Below the pieces are notes generated by a model. That model had not been told where the DNA came from, ran no database searches, and saw nothing but the letters and a program-made list of their open reading frames with translations. A stretch of 64,000 nucleotides of DNA from Malacoraja senta (lineage: Eukaryota): positions 23,376,001 through 23,440,000 of the forward strand of contig CM075988.1 of NCBI GenBank assembly GCA_038087875.1, read 5' to 3'. Numbering within the stretch: position 1 is the stretch's first letter; every line of letters begins with the position of its first letter. A program made the translations under genes and the position numbers. Below are positions 22,210 through 35,972 of the stretch, piece by piece.

Positions 22210-23589
22210 AATCCCCTGCCAAGGTTCCTCCGTGAATTGGCCATGTTGGTTCAGCTAATGGTTCGACCCTTGTCCAACTCTCCACTGAGCAGCAGTTACT
22301 AAGTTATATCAGCCAGACCTTCTCTTTGTTCATGTTTCTATGCATTGCCATTCTCTGCTGCTTAATGTTCACAGTGATACCATACAGAAACAGGCCCTTC
22401 GGCCCACTGAGTCCATACTGACTATCAACCCCACCCCCCCCCCCCCAAAAGCTCAGGAGACTTGACCTTGGACACAGTGAAATCTAACACTCCCCACCAT
22501 CTCCTGAGACAAGACTGCTGTTGAAATTGAGAGATCTCCATGAAGGTAAGTGCGTTTCATTTTGGATGTGAACTTTAAAGGGGAGATTTGAAACGCTGCC
22601 TTGGTCACATTTCCCCACCAGTACGTTGGGGCTCACGATTCAACAGTGAAAGCATTTTAACACTGTGCTGGAAAGACATACGCAAGGGCTTCAGAAACGG
22701 GGCTCCAAGCAGCGAAGGCTGTAGACCTTTGAGGCAATAACACCGAATCGAGCAATGGAACATTTAAACAAAGAACTGGCAAACTTGCAGGATGAGTATA
22801 GGCTGCAGCGTACATAGAAAGCAGAGTGGCAGAATCAAGAGTTAATAACAGCAAGAGCTGGCTGAGGCAGCAGCTGTCTCACGGCTCCAACGGGCCAGGT
22901 TCGATCCTGCCCCCGTGCCTTGTTCAGGTTGTATGTTCTCCATGTGACCACGTGGATTTCCTTCCGGCTCTCCCATGTTCAAAAGATGACGGTACATTGC
23001 CCTAGCTTGGGTTAGTGGCAGAGGGTGGAGGGGGCAGGACAGTGTGGGAGAGGGGGGAGGGGGAGGGGAGGCCAGTTGAGGGGAACTTTAGTCAGAGGCT
23101 GGTGAATCTGTGGAATTCTTTGCCACAGAAGGCTGTGGAGGCCAAGTCCGCGGATATTTTTAAGGCAGAGATAGATAGATTTTTAATTAGTACAAGTAGA
23201 TGTTAGATTAGTTCAAGTGTCAGAGGTTATAGGGAGAAGGCAGGAGAATGGGGCTAGGAGGGCGAGGAACAGTAGATCAGCCATGATTGAATGGCAGAGT
23301 AGACTTGATGGGCAGAACGGCCTAATTCTATTCCTCTCACTCATGACCTTATGAACTGGGGAGAATTCAGGGGGATGAGTCTAAGTGGGAGGTTGATAGT
23401 CGTCAGTATGGCCTCAGTGGGCCGAAGGGCCTGTTTCTGTATGGTATGACTGTGAACTTTAAACAGCAGAGAATGAACAAAGAGAAGGTCTGGCTGATAT
23501 AACTTAGTAACTGCTGCTCAGTTAGACAAGAGGCGAACCATTAGCTGAACCACCAGGGCCAATTCAAGGAGGAACCTTGGCAGGGGATT
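22210..23589. repeat. Local inverted duplication of about 200-220 bp (22210-22430 vs 23391-23589)
   Basis: For example ctgagcagcagttactaagttatatcagccagaccttctctttgttcat and its exact reverse complement at about 23473-23521. Confidence 0.9.
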
Positions 23590-26500
23590 AAGACTTAAGC
23601 GCACTGGGAGGAACAATTCTAAATAGCTGTTGAGTCATAAACACAGGCGACTACTGTAGAAGCTGTTCTTTTTTTGGATTGTACAACTGCATTTGGATTA
23701 TAGCAGGATATTCTGGCAAAGGAAGCCCCTGTACATTCACCAGAACAAATTACTTCTCTATTCCAGGAGCTTTGTATTTAAGAGGTTACTTTACACAGAG
23801 AAACTTGAATGTTCAGAAGTTCATAAGTGATAGAAACATAGAAAAATAGGTGCAGGAGGAGGCCATTCGGCCCTTCGAGCCAGCACCGCCATTCATTGTG
23901 ATCATGGCTGAACGTCCCCTATCAATAACCCGTGCCTGCCTTCTCCCCATATCCCTTGACTCCATTAGCCCCTAGAGCTCTATCTAACTCTCTCTTAAAT
24001 CCATCCAGTGACTTGGCCTCCACTGCCCTCTGTGGCAGGGAATTCCATAAATTCACAACTCTCTGGGTGCAAAAGTTTTTTTCAGGAGCAGAATTAGACC
24101 ATTCAACCCATCAAATCTACTCCACCATTCAATTATGGCTGATCAATCTTTCCCTCTCAACCCCCCCCCCCCCCCCCCCCCCACGTTCCCCTACCTTCTC
24201 CCCATAACCCCTGACACCCGTACTAATCAAGAAACTGTCAATCTCCGCCTTAAAAATGTCCGTTGACTTGGCCTCTACAGCCGTCTGTGGCAATGAATTC
24301 CACAGATTCGCCACCCTCTGACTAAAGAATGTGTCAAAATTAGTGACAAACGGACATTTTAGAAGAGCAAGGAGGAACTCAGCAGGGCAGGCAGCATCTG
24401 TGGAGGATGGACGATGACTTTTTTGGACGGCACCCTTCTTCAGACTGGTCACAAGCAGGAAACACAGAGGGGGAGCAGTGAGAGAGGGTCTCACAGAACT
24501 CCCAGAGAGCTTGGAGAATCTTTACAGAGTAGGTAAACTTTGAGGAAATTTTTGCAGTGGAACTGTAAAATAGAGAGGCGAGAGATCGCAGATGCTGGAA
24601 TCTTGAATCATCCTACCATCAACCAGAGAGCAGTCCTGAACTACTATCTGCCTCATTGGTGACCCTGGGGCTATCTTTGATCGGACTTTGCTGGCTTTAT
24701 CTTGCACTAAACGTTATTCCCTTATCAAGTATTTATACACTGTAAACGGCTCGATTGTAATCATGTCTTGATCTTTCCGCTGACTGGATAGCAGGCATCA
24801 AAAGCTTTGCACTATACCTCGGTACACGTGACAATAAACTAAACTAACTGAACAAAACCAAACTGCTGGAGGAACAGGTGATGGAAAGTGGAATAAAGTT
24901 CTTTGGAAAACAGGGCAGGAACATGCAATAAGGTGCTAATCATAAAGTTGTAACCAATAGCTAATTATTATCAGGAGAGTTCCGGTTTTCACTAGTAGTT
25001 TTCATGTAATTCATCAAATTTGTTACGCGTGTTGAGTAGTGTGACCTCAGGTGACCTGAAGGTGAAGTGTCAGGAGTTTACACTGCACACACAGCAGTCC
25101 TGTGATTTACCGCTTACGGTTAGTCAGACTCCAGCAGGACACTTGTCAACATAGTTATTCTCAAAACAAATCGTAGGCATGTGGCTTCACTCAGCATCTG
25201 TCAGATTCTACATAGCCTTCTGAGGCAGTGGAAAGCTGCAACTCCATTGCATTCAAACATTTTTCACAGCAGTCTTCCCCACCAGCTGCCGACATAATTG
25301 CTAACTCAGCTGAAGCAAATCGAACGCCGTTGAAAGCCAACCCAACAGCTGCTGGGGTGCAAAGATCATCGTCCAGTTGGTGTTCAGATCCAGGTACTGT
25401 TCGTGAGGGAACAATGCGCCTCTTGTATACCGAGGGGCTGCCTGTTCATGAAGAGAACACAGTACCTTCAGGTAAGATTTAGAATTTTTTCTTGTTTATT
25501 GCAAAGTTATTCGAGCGTTTCATGGCTGAACCATTGGCATTTGACATCCAAAGCGGAAGGATTTCCAAAGTTGTGGCCCGTGGCAACACCTGCTCGTGAG
25601 CTGAACGGCTGTGCCTCGGAACAACCCTGACATTCCACTGCACACAAGGCTCAGACTTCTAACGTTTCAGAGATAGGAGATCACAGTGATGGTGATTCTG
25701 AGGGAGGTTCATGGAGAGGTAGTTCATGTTCATAAGACATAGGAGCAGAATTTGGGCCATTCGGCCCATCAAGTCTGCTCCACCATTCAATCATCCCTGG
25801 AGAAAAGGATGTTTCCTCCTTCAACATTCCTCCATAGATGCTGCTGCACTCGCTGAGTTTCTCCAGCACTTTTGTCTACCTTCGATTTCCAGCCTGCAGT
25901 TCCTTCTTAATCACCCTATTCCTTTTCTCCAGTGATGCCGCCTGACCCGCTGAGCTCGAGGAGGCAGAGATAGATCAGCCATGATTGAATGGCGCAGACT
26001 TGATGGGCCGAATGGCCTAATTCTGCTCCTATCACATGAATTTATGAGTTACTACAGCCTGTTGTGACTGTCCGCTTTAAACTGGCATCTGCAGTTCCTC
26101 CCTACACATTCAATCATAGCTGATCTATCCTTCCCACTCAACCCCATTCTCCTGCTTTCACCCCATAACAGTGTTGGAACATTGTGGAGAGCCCGTATTA
26201 GTGATTATGAAATTTCATGGAGGACAGACACGATTAACAGAAGCCCAGGAAGAATGAGGGATGGTTTTATAGAAGCAGCCGAGATCCTTAGAGGACATGA
26301 GAGGGTGGGTAGCGAGGTGTTTCACTCACAGGAGAATCTCAGACTCGTGGCTCCAAGATTAGGTACAATAATTTTAAATTGAGATCCACAGATACAAAGT
26401 TCATAACCAGAGAGTGATCGCTGGTATAGAAGGGATGATGCCTAGGGCAGACCAGACGTGATCATATTGAATGGCAGGGTGGGCTTGAGTGGTCCTGCTA

Positions 26501-27371
26501 TTATTTTGTGTTTACCAGCAATCCCCATTACGCAGGCACCATCCTACATACTAGGGATAGCAACACTAACCTGCAAACCAGTACGATATTTGGAGTGTGG
26601 GAGGAAACTGGAGGACTGTGAAAACCAATGCAGTCATGGAGAGAACGTACAAATTCTGTACAGACAATAGACAATAGGTGCAGGAGTAGGCCATTCGGCC
26701 CTTCGAGCCAGCACCGCCATTCAATGTGATCATGGCTGATCATCCCCAATCAGTACCCCGTTCCTGCCTCTCCCCATATCCTGACTGCTATTTTTAACCT
26801 CTCTGAGGCAGAGAATTCCAGAGACTCGCCACTCTCCGTGAGAAAAAGTGTTTCCTCGTCTCCGTTCTAAATGGCTTACTCCTTATTCTTAAACTGTGGC
26901 CCCTGGTTCTGGATTAAACTGTGGCCCCTGGTTCTGGAGACAGCACCCGTAGTTAGGATCAAACCCGGGTCTCTGGCGCTGTGAGGCAGCAACTCTACCG
27001 CTGCAACACTTGGCCACCCCTCAAGGACACTAAGATTCTCTAGGATACAATTTTTCTTTGACTCTTTCTCCTCATTCACTCCAGAAATAATGTTTCCTTA
27101 CTTACATCCTCAAAGATCCTTCAAATCTTTGCTGAATGACAGCTCTTCACTTGAGGAATTAAGCAATGAGTGCCGACCAGCTATTGCAGAGCATTATAAC
27201 AGAGCTTGCCCATATGGAGTCAGTGAGCTGGTGAAACAGTCCAGACCAGCTCCATTTGGTAGCTGCTGTTTGGAAAGCAACCACAAAGCATTGACTCAGC
27301 TGCTCAGCAACTGTTTGCCAACCATGAGCTGAGCTCCAACAATGAGAAAAACTTTGATTTTACAGGGTGGA

Positions 27372-27668
27372 ACTGTGGTGCAGCAGTAGAGTTGCTGCCT
27401 TACAGTGCCAGAGACCCGGGATCAATCCCGATTACTGGTGCTGCCTGTATGGAGTTTGTACGTTCTCCCTGTGGCCGCGTGGGTTTTCACCAGCTACTCC
27501 GGTTTCCTCCCACACTCCAAAGACGTACAGGTTTGTAGGTTGATTGGCTTCCGCAAGATTGTAAATTCTCCCTAGTGTGTAGGATTGTGCTAGTGTACGG
27601 GGTGATCGCGCGGACTCGGTGGGCCGAAAGGCTCATTTCCACGCTGTATCTCTAAATTATACTAAACA
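27372..27668 (+). mobile_element. V-domain SINE (HE1-like)
   Basis: Same head, V domain and tail as the other copies. Confidence 0.85.
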
Positions 27669-28694
27669 AATAGAAGCCCAGCCACGATGTTGATGAATCC
27701 CAGAGCACACTCAAACAGCCAGTTGGCCAGTGCCTGCTCTTAATTCCTATTCTTACACTTAGTCCAGCACACAAAATTGCAGACTAGTAGACATGGAATA
27801 GAAAAATAAGGATCCGGGTGGAATGAAATTCCTTTTCCAAGGATAAATAACTCGCCAACTTTCACCCCAGATTTCATAGAGTTATACAGCATGGAAACAG
27901 GCCCTTCGGCCCAATTTGCCCACACCATCCAACATGTTCCATCTACATGAGTCCCACCTGCCTGTCTTTGGCCCATATCACTCTAAACCTGTCCTATCCA
28001 TGTACCTGTCTAATTGTTTCTTAAACATTGCGATGGCACCCGACTCAACTACCTCCTCCAGCAGTTCGTTCCTTACACCCACCACTCTGTGTGAAAAGTT
28101 AACCCCTCAGGTTCCTATTAAATCTTTCCCCCCTCAACTTAAACCTCTGGTTCTTGATTCCCCTACTCTGGGCAAGAGACTCTGCACGTCTACCCAATCT
28201 ATTCCTCTCATGATTTTGTATATTTGAACAGGAATATTCTTTGTACAGTAAAGTATGCAATAAATATCAAAACATGACCCAATCCTTCAAAAGTTTGAAA
28301 ACAATGATGTCGCGACACTTTAGTTGAGAGTCAATTGTGTTTTGGGATTGGTCAGGAAATGTAAAAATAGTTAACTGCTCTGCTTTCAAGACATGACATT
28401 TTATGGATTAAATTAAAAAATTGGTTTGGAAACTGCAGTTACCACAGGGAACAGAAAAATCCAAGCATTGTGCTTAATTTGAAGCCCCTCAGTAGTTTGT
28501 AATGTTTAAAAAAACAAATGAATTTTAATTGTGTGTGAAGCAGTCATTGCTGAGAGTGGCTGCCCGGTAGCTGGTATCACAGTTACATCCCAGACAGCAA
28601 GGTATTGACACAGGGGATCAGGCAGCAGGAAGTGGCAAACTGCACTGTTGACAGGTGGAATTAAAGTAAACACAGACTGTGTAACTGGAGCCTA

Positions 28695-29310
28695 CACGGT
28701 GGCGCAGCGGTAGAGTTGCTGCCTTACAGCGCCGGGGACCCAGGTTCAATCCTGACTACGGGTGCTGTCTGTTTGTACCTTCTCCCCGTGAGAGCGTGGG
28801 TTTTCTCCAGGTGCTCCGGTTTCCTCCCACATTCCAAAGACGGGCAGGTTTGTAGGTTAAATTGTGAATTGTTCCTAGCGTGTGTAGGATAGTGTTAAGG
28901 CCTGTCCCACGAGCATGCGGCAAGCGCCACCAAACCGGAAGCGGGGGCCGCGTGGAGGTTGAGTGATCCCCGTACAGGGCCTGTCCCACGAGCATGCGGC
29001 AAGCACCACTTGAGGCCGTTGAGGCAGCGCACACGGCCTCGATGCGGCTGCGGGGCGGCAGGCTGTTGCCGCGCGGAATTTTTTAACACTGTCAGTTTTT
29101 CGGAGCCCCACGCGATGTCGGGACCAGCTCCGCACAACTACATACGGCTCCGGCGATCGAAGTGGGACCGGCCCCTGCACGCCCCCCGCTTCCGGTTTGG
29201 TCGCGCTTGCCGCATGCAGTCGCATGCTCGTGGGACAGGCCCTTAAGTGTACGGGGATCGCTGGTCGGTGGACAGAGGGGCCAGTTTCCACGCTGTACCT
29301 CTAAACTGAA
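28695..29310 (+). mobile_element. V-domain SINE interrupted by a MITE
   Basis: SINE runs to gtaggatagtgtta (about 28897) and resumes at agtgtacggggatcgctggtcgg (about 29246). Confidence 0.85.
28898..29243. mobile_element. GC-rich MITE (PIF/Harbinger-like)
   Basis: TIRs ggcctgtcccacgagcatgcg and cgcatgctcgtgggacaggcc, TTA/TAA flanks, subterminal inverted arms, and a second copy of the left terminus at about 28976-29004. Confidence 0.85.
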
Positions 29311-29454
29311 TCCATACAGTTGAACCTCATTACAGCCCACTACTCATCTAACAATGCACTACTCACTAGTTAAACAGGGTGACTTGCACCAGATCAATGA
29401 AAGGCAGACAAGCAAGGATTCATCTGGAGTGCACCACGTTCAAAGCTATAGCAG

Positions 29455-30065
29455 TAGAATTAGGCCATTCGGCCAATCGAGTCTACTCCGCCATTCAATC
29501 ATGGCTGATCTCTGTCTCCTAATCCGATTTTTCTGCCTGCTCCCCATAACCCTTGACACCCGTTCTAATCAAGAATTTGTCTATCTCACCCTTAAAAATA
29601 TCCATTGGCTTGGCCTCCACAGCCTCCTGTGGCAATGAGTTCCACAGATTAACTACCTTCTGACTAAAGAAGTTCTTCCTCACATCCTTTCTAAAAGAGC
29701 GCCCTTTAATTCTGAGTCTATGACCTCTGGTCCTAGACTCTCCCACCAGTGGAAACATCCTTTCCACATCCACTCTATCTATGCCTTTCATTATTCTGTA
29801 AGTTTCAATGAGGTCCCCCCTCAACCTTCTAAACTCCAGCGAGTAGAGGCCCAGTGCCTCACCCACATTCCTGGGATCGTTCTTGTAAACCTCCTCTGGA
29901 CCCTCTCCAGAGCCAGCACATCCTTCCTCAGATATGGGGACCAAATTTGCTCACAGTACTCCAAATGTGGCCTGACCAGCGCCTTGTAGAGCCTCAGCAT
30001 TACAACTCTGTTTTTGTATTCCAGTCCTCTTGATATAAATGCAGGCGTTGAATTTGCCTTCCTTG
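29455..30065 (-). mobile_element. CR1 LINE 3' fragment
   Basis: ORF 29519-29944 includes LGLYSLEFRRLRGDLIETY...NFFSQKVVNLWNSLPQ. Confidence 0.9.
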
Positions 30066-31179
30066 CCTTCTTCTCCAGAGAATGCAGCCTCTTTCCTGGC
30101 AGGGTACTGCCTTTGAAAATATCCTGTACTTAATTATATTTCAGGGGAAGTGAGGTTCTGGGATCTGATTTTGACAGAAGCAAAGGATGGAGCTGACACA
30201 GTCTTTATTACACTATGAGGACAATTACAAAAGGCACTTAAGTCTTGGGTCTGTTCATTGAAAGGTCAAGATAGAGGCATCAGTTTACAAGTTCACTGAT
30301 TTTTACAAATACCCAACACCAAAAATCACCCTGCTACCATCGCTCAGTTCCACACCACTTTAATTCTTCCCTCGTGGATTTTGGCGGCATTGAGGCTCAG
30401 CGGTAGAGTTGCTGCCCTACAAGGGCCAGAGACCCGGGTTTGATCCCGACTACATGTGCGCAGTTTGTACGTTCTCCCCGTGACCGAGTGGGTTTCCTCC
30501 CAGACTCCAAAGATGTGCAGGTTTGTACATGAACGTGGACAGACGTACATGAACATGGTGGACTGAAGGGCCTATTTCTGTGCGACACAACTCTGTGATT
30601 TAGTGACAATAAACTGAACAAAAACTGTTATTGTCTATTTATTTGATGTGTTTTTATACTGTATATACTGAACTTTTTTTGTCATTTATTAAGTGTTTTA
30701 CAGAATACCATGTTTACATATTCTGTTGCACTGCTGCAAGTAAGAATTTCATTGTTCTGTTTGGGACACAGGACAATAAAACACTCTTGTCTCTTGAGGG
30801 TTGTAGGTTAATTGGCTTCGATAAAATTGTAAATTGTCCCTAGTGTGTAGGATAGTGCTAGTGTACGGGGATCGCTGGTCAGCACGGACCCGGTGGGACG
30901 AAGGGCCTGCTTCCGCGCTGTATTTCTAAACTAAACTACAAGACTCCCTCATGTGCCTTTCAACTCTCCAAATCAAATGACTCCGTGACCCACCTATACA
31001 ATCAGCACTAAACGCTAGCAAATTATGAAGTGCAGAGTAACTCAGTGAGCCAGGCAGCACTTGGAGAGTGGGCAGGCCATGCATTTGTTCAGAACCTTTC
31101 TTCACACTGATTGGAGTAAGGGAGAGAAAGTCGGAAAGAGACATGGAAGTGGGACAAAGAACTTGGTTTCCTTTAGATT

Positions 31180-31484
31180 AGTTTAGTTTAGAGATACAGT
31201 ACAGAAACAGGTCGTTCGGCCCATTGAATCCATACCGACCAGCGATCCCCGCACATTAACACTATCCTACACACATTAGGGACAATTTCAGATTTATACC
31301 TAAGCCAATTAACCTACAAACCTATAAGTCTTTGCAATGTGGGAGGAAAACAAAGATCTCTGAGAAAACCCACGCAGGTCACAGGGAGAACGTACAAACT
31401 CCGTACTGACCGCACCCGTAGTCAGGATCGAACCCGGGTTACAGGCGCTATAAGGCAGCAACTCTACCGCTGCGCCACCGTGCC
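31180..31484 (-). mobile_element. V-domain SINE (HE1-like), full length
   Basis: Reverse complement of the SINE consensus including the (ctaaa)n tail. Confidence 0.85.
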
Positions 31485-32009
31485 GTTATACACGATGCTG
31501 CAGCCAATCTCCACTCCCACCCCAAAACTTCAGCTTTTACAGTCAATTGTAAGGGCACTACGGAACCTTAGCAAACGGAGAGACCTTGTGATTCAAGTCA
31601 ACATTCTTGAAAGTGGGAACGCAGGTAAATATAATGGTGCAGAGGTCATGCACATGGTATGCTTGCATTCATAGGTCAGGGCAATGAATATAAAAGTCGA
31701 GGTGCTATGTTGCAACTTTACGAAACATTGATGACTGTAGTGTGCAGTTCTGGTTGCCACAGCTTAAGAAGGATAAGGCTGTGCTAGAGAAGGCACAGAG
31801 GAGATTCACCAGGATGTTACCCAGATCGGACGATTTTGGCTATGGGGAGGGATTGGAGTTTTGCCTGGAATAAGGGAGATTAAGGGATGACCTAGACCTA
31901 GAGGTATAAAAACAATGAGGCACAGACAAGAAGAAGATTGATCATCTATCCAATGGCAGGGGTATCAAAAACGAGAGGACATCAGTTACTATCTAGTTAC
32001 AAAGTTACT

Positions 32010-32742
32010 ATTCTAAATGGCATCAAGTTGGGAAAAGGGGAAGTACAACGGGATCTGGGGGGTCCTTGTTCATCAGTCTATGAAAGTAAGCATGCAGGTA
32101 CAGCAGGCAGTGAAGAAAGCAAATGGTATGTTGCCCTATATAACAAGAGGAATTGAATATAGGAGCAAAGAGCTCCAAAGTCCTTCTGCAGTTGTACAGA
32201 GCCCTAGTGAGACCACACCTGGAGTATTGTGTGCAGTTTTGGTCCCCTAATTTGAGGAAGGATATTCTTGCTATTGAGGGAGTGCAGCGTAGGTTTACAA
32301 GGTTAATTCCCGGGATGGCGGGACTGTCATATGCTGAGAGAATGGAGCAGCTGGGCTTGTACGCTCTGGAGTTTAGAAGGATGAGAGGCTATCTCATTGA
32401 AACATATAAGATTGTTAAGGGTTTGGACACGCTAGAGGCAGGAAACATGTTCCCGGTGTTGGGGGAGTCCAGAACCAGGGGCCACAGTTTAAAAATAAGG
32501 AGTAAGCCATTTAGAATGGAGACGAGGAAACACTTTTTCTCACAGAGATTGGTAAGTCTGGGGAATTCTCTGCCTCAGAGAACGGTGGAGGCAGGTTCTC
32601 TGGATGCTTTCAAGAGAGCTAGATAGGGCTCTTAAAAATAGCGGAGTCAGGGGATATGGGGAGAAGGCAGGGGTACTGATTGGGGATGATCAGCCATGAT
32701 CACATTGAATGGCGGTGCTGGCTCCTGCACCTATTGTCTATT
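32010..32742 (+). mobile_element. Younger CR1 LINE fragment nested in an older, decayed CR1 (about 31585-32945)
   Basis: [41 protein letters not shown]. The older copy breaks at atcagtt (about 31981) and resumes at atcagtttaagctgag (about 32743). Confidence 0.88.
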
Positions 32743-34394
32743 ATCAGTTTAAGCTGAGAGGACAGAGGTTTAAAGGGGATTTGAGGGGAAGGTTTTTAAC
32801 TTTTACAAAGAAAGCAAGTGGAATTTGGAACTCTCTGCCAGAAGTAATGATGAAGTCTGTGAGAATCATAAAGTTTAAGCAACATTTACTCAGGCACCCA
32901 ATTAGGCAATGCATGGAAAGATACAGACATAATAACTTCATAGGTTAGAGGAGCAGAATTAGGACATTCAGCCCATCAAGTCTACTCCGCCATCATGGCT
33001 GATCTCCTCAATCATCCTCAATCGTGGCTGATCTATCTTTCCCTCCCAGCCCCATTCTCCTGCCTTCTCCCCATAACTCCCGACACCTAATGTAGGCGAA
33101 TAAGATTAGTGGAGATGGGTGAAAAGGTGAGTATGGACATGGTGGACCGAAGGACCTATTTCGATGACTCGGTGGGCAATTCTATCCCGAGTCACATTCT
33201 GGATGAAATCAATCCAGTTTTTTTATACTCCAGTGCAGTAATGAGGGTGGCAACACAGCAGAAATGCTGCTTTTCCCACGAGACACGCAACAATGCTCTG
33301 CACACTCCCTTAAGTGCATGCTGAAGATTACATGGCACCATTTAAAAAAAAAGGCAATATCTATCTCTCAACACTTCTAAAATAGAAATGACTTTTGTGG
33401 AACGTGTGAGTGCAGGTTTAGTGTATTACAACAAAGACCACACTTCCAAAGCACTCCACTAGTTGTGAAAAACAACATTGGACATCCTGAAAGGGTCATT
33501 GAAAGCGTACAGAGATATGCCTTTCCCCTTGTCATGGTCTGCCCTCCGATCATTATCTCAGATATCCTCCAGTCCCATTGCTCTGTTCTTCTCACAATTA
33601 TGTCTGAACCCTAACACTGTCCAAGTCCCATTCCTATTACTTTCAAAGTTTTCCTTTAACCAGACTAACCAACAACTTAAACTGCAACAAATAACTAAAC
33701 CCAAAAAAATATTGACTATGAATCTAACGTTTTCTGATGCTATGAGGTGTTGAATACAAACATTTTTTTGATTTTCTTCAAGTCATCTTCCATACATTGT
33801 CATTCAATTCCTATATGCACAATTATGAGAGACACAGATAGGATACATCGTATGAAAGTGTGACAGAGATATCTAAGACCAGCGGACATGGCTATAAGGT
33901 GAGCAGTCAGTTGTTTAGAGAGGTTCTGAGGAAGAATTGTTATTTTATTCAGAGGGTGGTTACAATCAGGAGCACATTGTCCGAGATGCCAGAGTATTCT
34001 CAGCAGCGCGTGGCAAGCACTTGAAGGCTATGGACCAAGTGCGAGTAGATGGGGTTATTATAGGTAGATACATGATGGTTGTCATGGAAGGGCTTGTTTC
34101 TATACAGCATGACTATAATACAAAGCCCATTAGATGGTTGACACACATTATCTATTCAAGCTTCTTGATACCATTGATATAGCAAAGGTTTGTGAAACGT
34201 CAGGCAAGGAATACATGTGCTTGATTGAATAGTAGCCCAATATCAGCCTGCCCCTCTAATCCTCATTGCCTTGGTTCAAAACAAAAATCAGCGGCTTGGC
34301 TCAAATATTAGGGATAGGTAGCACCTGGAAAATACACAGCTCAGTGTCTCAGCACCTTTAGGAAGGGAAAGAAAAGTATACTGAGATATTGTGA

Positions 34395-34556
34395 GACAAA
34401 ATGTTGGAGTAACTCAGCAGGACAGGCAGCATCTCTGGAGAGAAGGAATGGATGACGTTTTGGGTCTCCAGAGACGCTGCCTGTCCCGCTGAGTTTACTC
34501 CAGTATTTTGTGTCTATCTTCGGTTTAAACCAGCTTCTGCAGTTCCTTCCTACACA
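34395..34556. mobile_element. Fold-back Penelope-terminal unit with target-site duplication
   Basis: Inverted arms flanked by tgagatattgtga (34382-34394) and tgaaatattgtga (34557-34569). Confidence 0.75.
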
Positions 34557-35124
34557 TGAAATATTGTGAAACTTGGTAATATTTGGAGATGCTCAGAGCC
34601 AATGCTTGAACCTGATGATTGTGTTCACAGGTCAAACCAAACTTCAATCGTCAAAATAAAAATCATTTTGCGGCCGTTCAAAAATTACGCAGCTATAGAA
34701 AAGTAATAAGGTGTTCACTATGTATAGGAAGGAACTACAGATGCTGGTTTAAACCGTAGACACAAAATGCTGGAGTCACACAGCGGGTCAGGCAGCATCT
34801 CTGGAGAAAAGGAATGGGTGACGTTTTGGGTCAAGACCCTTCTACAGAAGGGTGTTCATTGTGTTCATTGAAAGGAAATTAGACTGTGTAGAAAGTGAAG
34901 AAAAGAGCTAATGGTGACTAAGACCACAATGTCACATATACTGTTATTAGGATTAATGCCATGCCCATTTAAGCTACGCTAAGCACTTACATTATTCAAC
35001 AGGTGAATGGAACTTATGAAAGAGAGTATTTTTCCAAGTTATATTATTACTGATAGAGTGGTGCTCTGAGGAGGTGCAGTCCTTCACATGAGAAATTAAA
35101 TAAAGGAGCTCCACTTTCCTTCAT

Positions 35125-35448
35125 TTAGTTTGGAGATACAGCATGGAACCAAGCCCTTCAGCCCACTGAGTTCATGCTAACAATTGGTCACCTGTTCACT
35201 CTAGTTGTATGCTATCCCATTTTCTCATCCACTCCCTACACACTAGGGTATCAATTTACAGAGGGCCAATTAACTTACAAACCGGCAGGTCTTTGAAATG
35301 TGGAAGGAAACTGGAGCACCCGGAGGAAACCCAACCAATCAAAGGGAGATCGTGCAAACTCCACACAGACAGCACCCGTGATCATGAACAAACCCGGGTC
35401 TTTGGCGCTGTGAGGCAGCAACTCTACCAGATGAGCCACTGTGCCGCC
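35125..35448 (-). mobile_element. V-domain SINE (older subfamily)
   Basis: Diverged reverse-complement copy. Confidence 0.75.
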
Positions 35449-35972
35449 CTTTCAGGAGATGAAGATCTTATAATATTCAAAGGATGGGAGTCGCCTGGTC
35501 ACAATTTAACCTCAGCTAAAAATAAAACATTTTATCTTTCAGCACTGAATTTTTTGCATAGCTTCACAGGTTCCCTTCGGTAGTGACAACCAAGCTTTCA
35601 AACGTATTTATGGCAGTGAGGTATTTTGGGACATCTCGGGATTGTAAAGTGGACTATAAAGGTGTAACTTAGCTCTTTATGTCATTATTCGGTGATAACT
35701 TTGTTATGCAGGCCTGAGAAAATCAAATAACGTTGGAAGCAGTAGAAGACCGTCTTTAGACGTTACAATACATTCAATTGAAAACACGAGGAAAAAGGCG
35801 CGTATTTATTAACCTACAACTCCCTCTGCTGACTACTGAGAATATGACAGAAGGGCAAATATGGGAGCAGGCCAGTTAATCTATTAACAGCAATTTATTG
35901 GCTTCTTGGCAAAATAAGTTATCATTTGATGTTTACGGGGTCATAGAAACCTTGTACTAGATTATTTACTAC

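Noticed and set aside
25228..25482. 84-aa ORF ending at a strong donor-like cag|gtaaga (25471/25472)
   Set aside because: No recognisable homology and no partner exons found; could be a lncRNA exon but unsupported.
26891..26938. Short tandem duplication taaactgtggcccctggttctgga
   Set aside because: Junction artefact at the truncated end of a CR1 fragment inserted in a SINE; no further structure.
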